Below, piece by piece: positions 1 through 7,930 of a stretch of 24,000 nucleotides of DNA. The notes beneath the pieces were generated by a model. It was not told the origin of the DNA and searched no databases. It worked only from the letters and a program-made list of their open reading frames with translations. Positions within the stretch are counted from its first letter, which is position 1. Each line of letters starts with the position of its first letter. This stretch comes from Caulobacter phage Ccr10, in the sequence record KY555142.1. One strand, 5' to 3'. Both the position numbers and the translations under genes were made by a program.

Positions 1-60
1 GACGAGATGGGCGGGCCGCAGGTGGTGGTGGTCGTGGCGGGCAAGGTCGCGGTCTGCTGA
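1..60 (+). CDS. 3' end of an upstream CDS (partial), ...GGPQVVVVVAGKVAVC*
   Basis: Frame 1 is open from base 1 to TGA at 58-60, immediately before the first promoter. Confidence 0.5.
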   Translation, partial: DEMGGPQVVVVVAGKVAVC

Positions 61-80
61 ATTTTGTTGGCGTTAGAACG

Positions 81-109
81 TTGACAGCCTCGGCGTGATG
101 TCATAAAAG
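81..109 (+). promoter_or_regulatory. sigma70-like promoter P1: TTGACA(81-86)-N17-TAAAAG(104-109), then CGACGACAAC(116-125)
   Basis: Match to the local promoter family; intergenic; upstream of the ATG at 138. Confidence 0.7.
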
Positions 110-133
110 CCTCCTCGACGACAACGAGGAGGC
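109..133 (+). repeat. perfect inverted repeat GCCTCCTC-(GACGACAAC)-GAGGAGGC; 3' arm contains the Shine-Dalgarno
   Basis: 8-bp perfect arms (109-116/126-133), 9-nt loop. Confidence 0.8.
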
Positions 134-137
134 CCAC

Positions 138-557
138 ATGGCTTACGCAATTCCGGACCTGAGCACGTTCACGTTCCACGATCCCAAGGTCGAACGTTTC
201 GCCAAGGCGATGATCTCGACGATCGAGACCGCCCAGACCATCCTCACGGCCTTCGCCAACGATCTCGCCGACAATCCTCTTCAGGCGTTCGAGCATAGCT
301 ACGGCGCCAAGATGGCCGCCGCCCACAGGGACGTCGCCAAGGGGCTGCTTAACGAAGTCCTCGACGCGCTGCTGCACGGTCAGGACAAGACCTGGGCCTA
401 CATCGGCCAGGACCTGCGCGAGCGGCTGATGTATCGCGTGATCTACGCGGCCTCGAACCCGCCGCGCTCGACCAACGTCGAGGGCAACGACATGGCCCGC
501 TTCGTCCTGCGCGCCGAGGCCGACATGCTCGACCGCATGACCAAGAGCCGCTTCTGA
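138..557 (+). CDS. hypothetical phage protein, 139 aa
   Basis: ORF with strong SD GAGGAGG, downstream of P1. Confidence 0.85.
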   Translation: MAYAIPDLSTFTFHDPKVERFAKAMISTIETAQTILTAFANDLADNPLQAFEHSYGAKMAAAHRDVAKGLLNEVLDALLHGQDKTWAYIGQDLRERLMYRVIYAASNPPRSTNVEGNDMARFVLRAEADMLDRMTKSRF

Positions 558-871
558 TGCGGATCGTCGACTTCGCGACGTTCGTGACGCTTCCGGCTGG
601 GACCCTCTACCAGGAGATCGATCAGTACGGGAGCCCCATCAGCGCCCTGGCGATCCGCCACGACGTGCTGTTCGACGGCGATCGCCCGTTCGACTTCATC
701 TACGAGGAAATCCTCTACCAGACGGCCGACGGCTTCCTGGGCGACCCGCCGAAGCTGGCCGAGTTGGGGACCAAGCGCTGGGGGCTCTTCGATGACGAGA
801 CCCTGTTCATCGTCTACGAGACGCAGGACCGCGCCCGGCTGGCCAAGATCATCCTGGGAGACGCCGCATGA
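557..871 (+). CDS. hypothetical protein, 104 aa
   Basis: ATG overlaps the previous stop (TGATG); continuous operon. Confidence 0.8.
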   Translation: MRIVDFATFVTLPAGTLYQEIDQYGSPISALAIRHDVLFDGDRPFDFIYEEILYQTADGFLGDPPKLAELGTKRWGLFDDETLFIVYETQDRARLAKIILGDAA

Positions 872-1251
872 AGCCGCTCGACGAACGCATCCGCGACGCG
901 ATCGACACCCCGCGCCCGGCCTGGATCGAGCGCGTCGGGAGCCGCTATCAGGTGATCACCAAGGGCGTGCTGTTCCCGAACACGCGCAATCCGGTCGGCA
1001 AGACCTGGAGCCTGAAGAGCGGCGCCCTGACCTACGTTCGCCAGCAATACCTCACCCTGCTGGAGGGCGACTGCCCGCTGCCCGCCCCGACCCAGGAAGA
1101 GCGCGACGCCTATCAGAACGAAGGGCGCGAGCGCCGCGCCGCCGTCGAGCAACTGTCGATGGAACTGGACCGGCCCTATGCCGAGGTCTGGCGCGCGGTC
1201 CGCAACCTGGAGGCCAAGGGCCTGATCCGTTTCGAGGAGGCTCGCCCATGA
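868..1251 (+). CDS. hypothetical protein, 127 aa, winged-helix-like C-terminus (MELDRPYAEVWRAVRNLEAKGLIRFEE)
   Basis: ATGA overlap; HTH-like sequence pattern at the C-terminus. Confidence 0.8.
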   Translation: MKPLDERIRDAIDTPRPAWIERVGSRYQVITKGVLFPNTRNPVGKTWSLKSGALTYVRQQYLTLLEGDCPLPAPTQEERDAYQNEGRERRAAVEQLSMELDRPYAEVWRAVRNLEAKGLIRFEEARP

Positions 1252-1469
1252 CGTCGCAGACCCAGAGAACCCTCATCCTGTCCGGCGTGGGCTTCTTCAT
1301 CGGCTTCATGCTGGTGTTTGGCTTCATGAGCGTCTCGCAGGCCTCCTACAACCGAGGCTATCGAGACGCCAAGGCCGACACGCGCCGGGACGAGCCCGCA
1401 TGCTTTACCTCCCAGCGCTGCTACCTGGGCCAGGACGCCGACGGGCGGTGGTTCATCGAGCCGAAATAG
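1248..1469 (+). CDS. small predicted membrane protein, 73 aa
   Basis: ATGA overlap; hydrophobic segment LILSGVGFFIGFMLVFGFM. The track's 792..1469 ORF is in the same frame but this start is better supported. Confidence 0.75.
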   Translation: MTSQTQRTLILSGVGFFIGFMLVFGFMSVSQASYNRGYRDAKADTRRDEPACFTSQRCYLGQDADGRWFIEPK

Positions 1470-1483
1470 TTGGCGTTCAAGTG

Positions 1484-1512
1484 TTGCCAAAGCTGATCTG
1501 ATCAGCTAGAAC
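1484..1512 (+). promoter_or_regulatory. promoter P2: TTGCCA-N17-TAGAAC, then CGACGACAAC(1519-1528)
   Basis: Family match with invariant leader motif at +7 from the -10 end; SD AGAGGAG downstream. Confidence 0.65.
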
Positions 1513-1548
1513 CCTCGCCGACGACAACGCAAGAGGAGCCCCCGAGCC

Positions 1549-1929
1549 GTGGAACACCTGAACCGCGCCATCGACCCCCGCATCGGCTACCTGAACTCGG
1601 GCGTCTACTACGCCTTCGTCGACGGCTACGACAAGCCCGAGACGCGGGGCACGCTAGAAGAGGTCGAGATCGCCCTGGGCCTGCGCGCTGCGAAGCCGGC
1701 TCCGACCAAGCGCATCGTCGCCGCCCAGCCGGCCGTCAAGACCTACTCGGTCCACATGCGGTTCGAATATCCGGGCTGGAGCTACGTCGACGGCATCACC
1801 TACGACGGTATGCTCGGCCGCACGAAGGCCGAAGCGATCCGCAACGCCCGCGCCGAGGCCTTTGCCGACGGTCACCTCGGCGTCGGCCAGGGCCGGGTGT
1901 GGTTCAAGGCCACGGAAGAGGACGCCTAG
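1549..1929 (+). CDS. hypothetical protein, 126 aa (GTG start)
   Basis: ORF following P2 and an SD. Confidence 0.8.
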   Translation: MEHLNRAIDPRIGYLNSGVYYAFVDGYDKPETRGTLEEVEIALGLRAAKPAPTKRIVAAQPAVKTYSVHMRFEYPGWSYVDGITYDGMLGRTKAEAIRNARAEAFADGHLGVGQGRVWFKATEEDA

Positions 1930-2163
1930 ATGAGCCGCATCCGCGTCATCGACCGCGACGGGTTCATGCAGGGCTGGGTCGACGCCCGCGTCGGCCTTCC
2001 CACCTATTCCGGTCCCGTCACCCGCTGGACCGAGAAAGGCTCGTTCTGGACCACCGGCTCGGACGGCGAGGAGCGCCTGTGGAAGGCCGGCAACCACCAG
2101 CCCTGCGTCTACAGGAGCAAGCTCCGCAAGAGCGATATCATCCACGAGCGACGGGAGGGCTGA
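1930..2163 (+). CDS. hypothetical protein, 77 aa
   Basis: Start abuts the previous stop. Confidence 0.75.
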   Translation: MSRIRVIDRDGFMQGWVDARVGLPTYSGPVTRWTEKGSFWTTGSDGEERLWKAGNHQPCVYRSKLRKSDIIHERREG

Positions 2164-2164
2164 C

Positions 2165-2482
2165 ATGGGCCTGCTGAGCATCTACCTGACCGGCGCGGCG
2201 CTCACCGGCGCGGCGACGGCCGTCTATCTCTTCAAGGTCCGGGCTCCGGCGACCAAGGAGACCTACACCACCACCTGGGGCTATGTCGAAACCGACGACG
2301 TCAATGAGACCGGCAACCACCTGGGGGCGATCCTCCTGATGGCGGTCCTCTGGTTCCTCACCGTCCCGCTCGCGATCGTCATGGGCCTCTGGCATCTCCT
2401 GGTCCGCGCCATCGACAAGGCTTGGCGCCGCTGCACGCCGCGCCGCGAGAAGACGCACGTTGGCACCCATCGCTATCTGTGA
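2165..2482 (+). CDS. predicted membrane protein, 105 aa
   Basis: Two hydrophobic segments (LLSIYLTGAALTGAATAVYLF; LGAILLMAVLWFLTVPLAIVMGLWHLLV). Confidence 0.8.
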   Translation: MGLLSIYLTGAALTGAATAVYLFKVRAPATKETYTTTWGYVETDDVNETGNHLGAILLMAVLWFLTVPLAIVMGLWHLLVRAIDKAWRRCTPRREKTHVGTHRYL

Positions 2483-2511
2483 TCGCCGCCAGCCCGGCTG
2501 GCTTCAGTGTG

Positions 2512-2540
2512 TTGACGGCGCGTCGATCGCCCGCTAAGAA
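2512..2540 (+). promoter_or_regulatory. promoter P3: TTGACG-N17-TAAGAA, lacking the CGACGACAAC leader
   Basis: Preceded by GTG as in other family members (GTGTTGACG); intergenic, upstream of the 687-aa gene. Confidence 0.5.
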
Positions 2541-2565
2541 GGGCTGACGGTCACGCTCTGGCTGC

Positions 2566-4629
2566 ATGAATTTTCAAGAGACAAAGGGCCTTAAGTCCAT
2601 GGATTTCCACGTCTTTAAGACGGCCGTCGCCAAGCAGTGGGCCGCGATGACCAAGGATGACGCGACCCTGTTCCGCGTCGACGTCGACAAGGACCTCCTG
2701 TGGTCGACCTACCTGAAGGCGTTCCCGGCTGGGACCGATCCGATCTTCCGCGAGCGCTCCGAGCACGACTGCTCGTGCTGCCGCAACTTCATCCGCAACG
2801 CCGGCGACGCCGTGGCGGTGGTCAACGGCCAGATCGTGACGATCTGGGATGGCAAGATCGAGGGCGAGCCGGCCTATCAGCAGGTCTCCCAGACCCTGGC
2901 GGCGCTGGTCCGCTCGCGCCCGGTGCGCGACATCTTCCTGCACGACCAGAAGACCATCGGGACCGACAAGAACGTCGAGACCATGCTGGGCGGCGACGTC
3001 ACCTGGAACCACTTCTTCGTCAATGTCCCCTCGCGCTTCGTCAAGAAGGGCAAGGACATCCCGACCGCGCTCCACCTCCCGCGCACGGCGCAGGAAACGC
3101 TCCTGCGCGCCGTCAATGAGATCACCGACGAGGCGATCGACACGGTGCTGGACCTGATCGCCCAGAACGCGCTCTATCGCGGCGCCGAGCACAAGGCGGC
3201 GGTGGTGGCGTTCCAGAAGGCCAAGAAGACCTTCGAGGGCCTGTCGGCCGCCGACAAGGCGCTGAAGGCTTGGGTCAACGTCGCCAGCGGCGAACTCTGG
3301 GGCTCGGTCTCGGGCATCCGGAGCACGGTGATCGGCTCGCTGCTGGTCGACCTGTCGGCCGATGTCGACCTGGAGGAGGCGGTCAAGAAGTTCGAGGCCA
3401 AGGTCGCGCCGTACAATTACAAGCGCACGACCGCCCTGGTGACCAAGAAGCAGATCGAGAACGCCAAGAAGACGATCTCCGACCTGGGCCTGACCTCGGC
3501 CCTGGAGCGGCGCTACGCCGTCCTCAAGGACGTGTCGATCAACGACGTGCTGTTCGCCGACCGCGACGCCAAGTCGGTGATGAACGACGTCTTCGACGAT
3601 CTGGCGGCCGACGTCGCCGAGAAGACCAAGTCCTATGATAAGGTCGAGGAGGTGTCGATCGACAAGTTCCTGGCCGACATCCTCCCGAGGGTGACGAGCG
3701 TCGAGGCCCTGGTCGAGAACCGCCTGACGAGCAATTTCGTCAGCCTGATCGCGCCGGTCGATCCGACCGCCGGCTCCCTCTTCAAGTGGGGGAATAACTT
3801 CTCCTGGTCCTATGCCGGGGAGGTGGCGGACTCGATCAAGGCCCGCGTCAAGGCGGCCGGCGGCAACGTCACCGGCGATCTCTGCTGCCGTCTGGCGTGG
3901 TTCAACTATGACGACCTCGACTTCCACATGAAGGAGCCGGGCGGCAACCTGATCTACTTCCGCCAGAAGTCCTCGCCCTACACGGGCGGGCGCCTCGACG
4001 TCGACATGAACGCCGGCGGGGGCCATACCCGCGAGCCGGTCGAGAACATCTTCTACGGCGACCGCCGGACGATGAAGGAAGGCGTCTACGAACTGATGGT
4101 CCATCAGTACAGCAAGCGCGAGTCCAGCAACGTCGGCTTCGAGGTGGAGATCGACTACCTGGGCTCGGTCACCCGCTACGCCTACACCACGGCCCTGCGC
4201 CAGGAGCAGGTCGTCAAGGTGGCGCAGTTCAAGTACAGCCACGCGCGCGGCATCGAGTTCATCTCCTCGCTCCCGGCCTCGTCGGCGAGCAAGGACGTCT
4301 GGGGCGTGAAGACCGAGACCTTCCGCAGGGTCAACGTCATCATGCTCTCGCCCAACCACTGGGAAGGCGAGCCGGGCGTGGGGAACAAGCACTGGTTCTT
4401 CATGCTGGACGGAGGCGTCAACGAGGACGGCGCCCGTGGCTTCTACAACGAGTTCCTGAAGGATAGCCTCACGCCCCACCGTCGCGTCTTCGAGATGCTG
4501 GGGTCCAAGCTGAAGCCCGCGCCGGCGACTGAACAACTCTCCGGCCTGGGCTTCTCCTCGACCAAGCGCGACGAACTCGTCGTGCGCGTCAAGGGGGCCT
4601 TCACGCGTACCCTCAAGATCAAATTCTAA
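2566..4629 (+). CDS. 687-aa phage protein with N-terminal Cys cluster (EHDCSCCRNFIR) and YfaP/DUF2135-like beta domain; alternative start ATG 2599
   Basis: Long ORF. Segment LAWFNYDDLDFHMKEPGGNLIYFRQKSSPYTGGRLDVDMNAGGG resembles YfaP/DUF2135 'D-D-H..P.G..I.Y..K.S..GG.LDVD.N'. Confidence 0.85.
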   Translation: MNFQETKGLKSMDFHVFKTAVAKQWAAMTKDDATLFRVDVDKDLLWSTYLKAFPAGTDPIFRERSEHDCSCCRNFIRNAGDAVAVVNGQIVTIWDGKIEGEPAYQQVSQTLAALVRSRPVRDIFLHDQKTIGTDKNVETMLGGDVTWNHFFVNVPSRFVKKGKDIPTALHLPRTAQETLLRAVNEITDEAIDTVLDLIAQNALYRGAEHKAAVVAFQKAKKTFEGLSAADKALKAWVNVASGELWGSVSGIRSTVIGSLLVDLSADVDLEEAVKKFEAKVAPYNYKRTTALVTKKQIENAKKTISDLGLTSALERRYAVLKDVSINDVLFADRDAKSVMNDVFDDLAADVAEKTKSYDKVEEVSIDKFLADILPRVTSVEALVENRLTSNFVSLIAPVDPTAGSLFKWGNNFSWSYAGEVADSIKARVKAAGGNVTGDLCCRLAWFNYDDLDFHMKEPGGNLIYFRQKSSPYTGGRLDVDMNAGGGHTREPVENIFYGDRRTMKEGVYELMVHQYSKRESSNVGFEVEIDYLGSVTRYAYTTALRQEQVVKVAQFKYSHARGIEFISSLPASSASKDVWGVKTETFRRVNVIMLSPNHWEGEPGVGNKHWFFMLDGGVNEDGARGFYNEFLKDSLTPHRRVFEMLGSKLKPAPATEQLSGLGFSSTKRDELVVRVKGAFTRTLKIKF

Positions 4630-4648
4630 CGGAAGGACCTGAAAGACC

Positions 4649-5071
4649 ATGAGCACCGACCTCTTCGAGATCGCCGCGCGCGAGAAGTTCCGCTTCGAAA
4701 GCCCCAAGGGCCTCCTGGGCGTGGAAGAACTGTTCGACCTGCCGCTGACCAGCACCGTCGCCGGCAAGGCCAACCTGAACGATATCGCCGTCGACCTGTT
4801 CAAGCAGATCAAGGACCTCGACAACATCTCGTTCGTCACGCCCAAGAAGGTCGACCCCTCGATCGGCCAGCGCCTGGACATCGTCAAGCGGGTGATCGAG
4901 ATCAAGCAGGCCGAGAACGCGGCCAAGCTGAAGACCGCCCAGGACAAGGAGACCCTGCGCATCCTCGACGAGGCGATCGCCGCCAAGAAGTCCGAGAAGA
5001 TCGCCGGCACCTCGCTGGAAGACCTCGAAGCCCAGCGCGCGGCCTTGCTCTCGGGCGGCGCCTCCGCCTAA
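4649..5071 (+). CDS. hypothetical protein, 140 aa, helical; likely partner of the 687-aa gene
   Basis: ORF with GGAAGGA SD, 19 nt after the previous stop. Confidence 0.85.
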   Translation: MSTDLFEIAAREKFRFESPKGLLGVEELFDLPLTSTVAGKANLNDIAVDLFKQIKDLDNISFVTPKKVDPSIGQRLDIVKRVIEIKQAENAAKLKTAQDKETLRILDEAIAAKKSEKIAGTSLEDLEAQRAALLSGGASA

Positions 5072-5097
5072 GCCTTCGGGCGGGCTGACATAGGCGC

Positions 5098-5126
5098 TTG
5101 ACAACACTCTCGCGCCAACATAGAAG
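5098..5126 (+). promoter_or_regulatory. promoter P4: TTGACA-N17-TAGAAG, then CGACGACAAC(5133-5142)
   Basis: Consensus family member; part of a 34-bp block identical to one at P5. Confidence 0.75.
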
Positions 5127-5153
5127 GGCCTCCGACGACAACGCCGGAGGCCC
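5126..5153 (+). repeat. perfect inverted repeat GGGCCTCCG-(10 nt)-CGGAGGCCC followed by TTTT; 3' arm holds the SD
   Basis: 9-bp arms 5126-5134/5145-5153, then TTTTC and ATG at 5159. Confidence 0.8.
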
Positions 5154-5158
5154 TTTTC

Positions 5159-5389
5159 ATGCACTGCATGACCCCGATCAAGAAGCCCGTCACCGATCCC
5201 GAGTTCGGGATGTCGGTGAAGGATGTCGAACTGAACGGCCGCAAATACCGCGTCAGCCGCTCTGGTGAGGTTCGAGGCTACGTGCGGAACGCCCGCGTTC
5301 TGACCATCCAACACTGGGACCTTCGCCTGCTGCCGCTGACGGGTCCCACGGCGATCCGTGCGCGCGCCGCGTCGGGATGGTTCGAATGA
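5159..5389 (+). CDS. hypothetical protein, 76 aa, similar to 8805..9032
   Basis: SD CGGAGG; shared GxxYxVxxSGxVRxxVR...ASGxF pattern. Confidence 0.75.
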   Translation: MHCMTPIKKPVTDPEFGMSVKDVELNGRKYRVSRSGEVRGYVRNARVLTIQHWDLRLLPLTGPTAIRARAASGWFE

Positions 5390-5616
5390 CCTACGCTGCA
5401 CACCGCGACGAAATCAAGGCCTGGAACAAGGCCAATCCCAAATTCTGGATGAACTACGACTACCTGACCGCGTCGGGTCGTCCGGCCAAGCGTCCGTTCA
5501 TCCTCAACATCAAGATCGGCGGGGCTGAGCACCACCTGCACTTCGTCGCCCGCTACGCCTCGTTCGCCGGCGCCCAGAAGGCCGCCGCGAGCCTCGAAGC
5601 CGAGGTGGCTGCATGA
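5386..5616 (+). CDS. hypothetical protein, 76 aa
   Basis: ATGA overlap start at 5386 preferred to 5377. Confidence 0.75.
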   Translation: MTYAAHRDEIKAWNKANPKFWMNYDYLTASGRPAKRPFILNIKIGGAEHHLHFVARYASFAGAQKAAASLEAEVAA

Positions 5617-6065
5617 CCTACCCCATCCAGATCGATCCCGCGATCCTCGCCCTGGGCGCCGCCTGGAAGGCGGCTGACATCCTGGAGCGCGACCTGCGCG
5701 CCAAATGGACCTACGACAGCCACGACCGCGCCACCTACGAGGCCTGGAAGCTCGCCGACGACGCGCGCAACGCCGCCTTCAAGGCGATGACCAGCGCCCT
5801 GCCCGATCCGGGCAAGCCGGTGTTCATCAGTCCCACCGACTGGCTGGCCCAGCAGGGCAACTGGCGCACCTACTATGCGCCGGTGAAGGCCTGGAACTCG
5901 GCGCCGCACTGGAACAACTGGTACCCGTGCCTGGGCCACTATGAGTTCAACGCCCACACCGGCGAGCACTTCTACCGTGGGGCCGAGATGTACGACCGCT
6001 GCATCGAGGAGGCCGTCCGGCGCAATGCCGAGTACGCGGCATACTACGCCAAGAAGGCCGCCTGA
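5613..6065 (+). CDS. hypothetical protein, 150 aa
   Basis: ATGA overlap; continuous ORF. Confidence 0.8.
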   Translation: MTYPIQIDPAILALGAAWKAADILERDLRAKWTYDSHDRATYEAWKLADDARNAAFKAMTSALPDPGKPVFISPTDWLAQQGNWRTYYAPVKAWNSAPHWNNWYPCLGHYEFNAHTGEHFYRGAEMYDRCIEEAVRRNAEYAAYYAKKAA

Positions 6066-6066
6066 C

Positions 6067-6315
6067 ATGACCAAGTCCATCCAGGTCCAGCGCGGCAAGA
6101 CCACCTATCTCGTCACCTTCGACGAGGCTGGGCAGGTCTCGTCGATCATCGGCGTCGCGGTGGTCGGCAAGGTCCCGCGCTACAAGGGCGGCACGCGCCG
6201 CGTCACCTATTCCGGCGGCGGCAACGGCTGGTACGCCAGCGCCGGCCGCCCCATCCCCATGCAGCTTCGCCCGATCGCGGACGAGGCGTTCCAGATCAAG
6301 GAGGCCCAGTCTTGA
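6067..6315 (+). CDS. hypothetical protein, 82 aa
   Basis: ATG at 6067 just after the previous stop; same frame as track ORF 5941..6315. Confidence 0.75.
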   Translation: MTKSIQVQRGKTTYLVTFDEAGQVSSIIGVAVVGKVPRYKGGTRRVTYSGGGNGWYASAGRPIPMQLRPIADEAFQIKEAQS

Positions 6316-7121
6316 GCGACTTCCAGCTTTCCGCCCAGCACCAGCGGATCGTCAACAACACGATCGACGCGCTGGACTATCTCTTTCGGCGCAATGGCGA
6401 GCCGTCCTCGGGCGGTGAGATGCCGTTCAACCGCCTCGATCTCGGGAGCATCGCCGACAACCTCTCGGCCGTCCTGGCGGTGCTCCCCAGCCACGCCGAC
6501 ATCCTGACGAAGTACCTCTTCATCGCCCAGGGGCTGCTTCGCGAGATCGCCAACTATCACGCGGCAAAGCCCGACGAACTGCGCCGGATGGCGCAGGCCC
6601 TGCGCCCCTTCTACAAAACCCGCGCCGCCGGCGGCCTGTCGCCCGCCGCCCAGCAGACCCTTGACTTCATGGTCGAGGGCCTTCGCTTCCTGGCTGAAAA
6701 CGACTGCGAGCCCCCGTCGGGCGGCGAGCAGATGTACAACCGTATCTCGCTCCTGAGCCGCACCGGCTCGGACGCCAAGCGCCTGCGCCAGGAGGCGCCC
6801 AACCTCGACGTGGTGATCACCCAGGTCGAGGCCCTGTTCATCGACCTCTGGCACTATCGCGCCATCGCCATGAAGGACGTCAAGGACGCCTTGGAGGCCC
6901 TGGAGCCCTACTATGTTCCGCCCGCCTGGACGGTCACGCCGGCCCCCGCGCCGGCGGCGGCAAAGCCCGCCGCTCGCATCGTTTCGAAGGCCGAGGCCCT
7001 GGAACTGCTCGACCACATCGCGGTCACGGCCTCGACCCTGCGGATGCAGATGGGGCCGGCCAACGCCGACATCACGCTGGAGCGGGTCAAGACGCTCGAA
7101 GCCTTCGTCAATCAGCAATAG
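6312..7121 (+). CDS. hypothetical protein, 269 aa, with an internal tandem domain duplication
   Basis: ORF overlapping the previous stop; internal repeat visible in the protein (see findings). Confidence 0.85.
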   Translation: MSDFQLSAQHQRIVNNTIDALDYLFRRNGEPSSGGEMPFNRLDLGSIADNLSAVLAVLPSHADILTKYLFIAQGLLREIANYHAAKPDELRRMAQALRPFYKTRAAGGLSPAAQQTLDFMVEGLRFLAENDCEPPSGGEQMYNRISLLSRTGSDAKRLRQEAPNLDVVITQVEALFIDLWHYRAIAMKDVKDALEALEPYYVPPAWTVTPAPAPAAAKPAARIVSKAEALELLDHIAVTASTLRMQMGPANADITLERVKTLEAFVNQQ

Positions 7122-7129
7122 AGGCCAGC

Positions 7130-7579
7130 ATGACCACTCCGCTCTGCCTGAACCCGGACGGTGCCGACTTCCAGGCCCAGGCCGTCCTCGCCCTGGTTCG
7201 CTTCGTCATTGGCGATGACTTCGAGCCATCCTGGAACGCCCAGAAGCAGGTCTTCGAGGGCGAGCCCCAGGTCGCCCACTTCGATAGCCCCCGCTGCCAC
7301 GGCTACGTGATCTGGCTGGTCGATCGTCGCGCCCTGGCGCTCGGCGGCGAGGCCCGGCAGATCAACATCGTCTTCTACCAGCACGGGGTCAGCGACGAGA
7401 TCGTCATCAACGCGTGGCTGGGCGAGACCAACCGCTGGATGGTCCCGACCTATCACGACATGCCCGACATCGAGAAGATGTTCAGGCGCGTCACCTTCCG
7501 CTGCCTGGACGTCAAGTCGGCCGCCTACTACGTCGCCGACCTGATGAAGGATTTCTGGGCCGAGGGCTCGCCGCGATGA
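7130..7579 (+). CDS. hypothetical protein, 149 aa
   Basis: ORF with upstream GAGG SD. Confidence 0.8.
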   Translation: MTTPLCLNPDGADFQAQAVLALVRFVIGDDFEPSWNAQKQVFEGEPQVAHFDSPRCHGYVIWLVDRRALALGGEARQINIVFYQHGVSDEIVINAWLGETNRWMVPTYHDMPDIEKMFRRVTFRCLDVKSAAYYVADLMKDFWAEGSPR

Positions 7580-7878
7580 GCGACCACGACGCCTGCCTGA
7601 CCAACTGGGTCCTCTGCGACGCGCCCGCCGGCGGGCTGGTGGTGATCGGCGAGATCATGGCCGACAAGCGCGGGCGCTGGCCGGACGGGCGGCTCATCCA
7701 CACCTCGCTCCTCCGGGTCAAGGCCGAGGCGGTGGCGCCGGGCGCGGTGGTCGCCACGCTCAACTCCCGCTACATCCTGGGGCGCAAGGCCGAGGAGATC
7801 ACCGTCCGTCACTTCGTCGGGGCGATGCTCGCCCGCGTCGCGATCAGACCGCTTGACAACACTCTCGCGCCAACATAG
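7576..7878 (+). CDS. hypothetical protein, 100 aa
   Basis: ATGA overlap; its stop TAG is the start of the P5 -10 box. Confidence 0.7.
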   Translation: MSDHDACLTNWVLCDAPAGGLVVIGEIMADKRGRWPDGRLIHTSLLRVKAEAVAPGAVVATLNSRYILGRKAEEITVRHFVGAMLARVAIRPLDNTLAPT

Positions 7879-7881
7879 AAG
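7853..7881 (+). promoter_or_regulatory. promoter P5: TTGACA-N17-TAGAAG, then CGACGACAAC(7888-7897)
   Basis: Consensus family member; 34-bp block identical to P4. Confidence 0.75.
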
Positions 7882-7900
7882 GGTCCTCGACGACAACGGC

Positions 7901-7930
7901 TGTCCGAAATTTGTAGACGGATTTCGGACA
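7901..7930 (+). repeat. perfect inverted repeat TGTCCGAAAT-(TTGTAGACGG)-ATTTCGGACA in the leader
   Basis: 10-bp perfect arms, 10-nt loop, between the CGACGACAAC motif and the SD. Confidence 0.85.

Noticed and set aside
2551-5010. 819-aa minus-strand ORF, the longest ORF in the track
   Set aside because: Shadow of the + strand 687-aa and 140-aa genes. GC-rich third positions suppress antisense stops; composition is low-complexity (LVERR, RLGVAV) with no domain signal and no RBS context.
5126-5157. GC hairpin plus TTTT as an ordinary rho-independent terminator
   Set aside because: It lies exactly between a consensus promoter and its gene, contains that gene's SD, and the 5' arm is probably not transcribed from P4. 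It could still terminate upstream readthrough, so it is recorded as an inverted repeat rather than a terminator.
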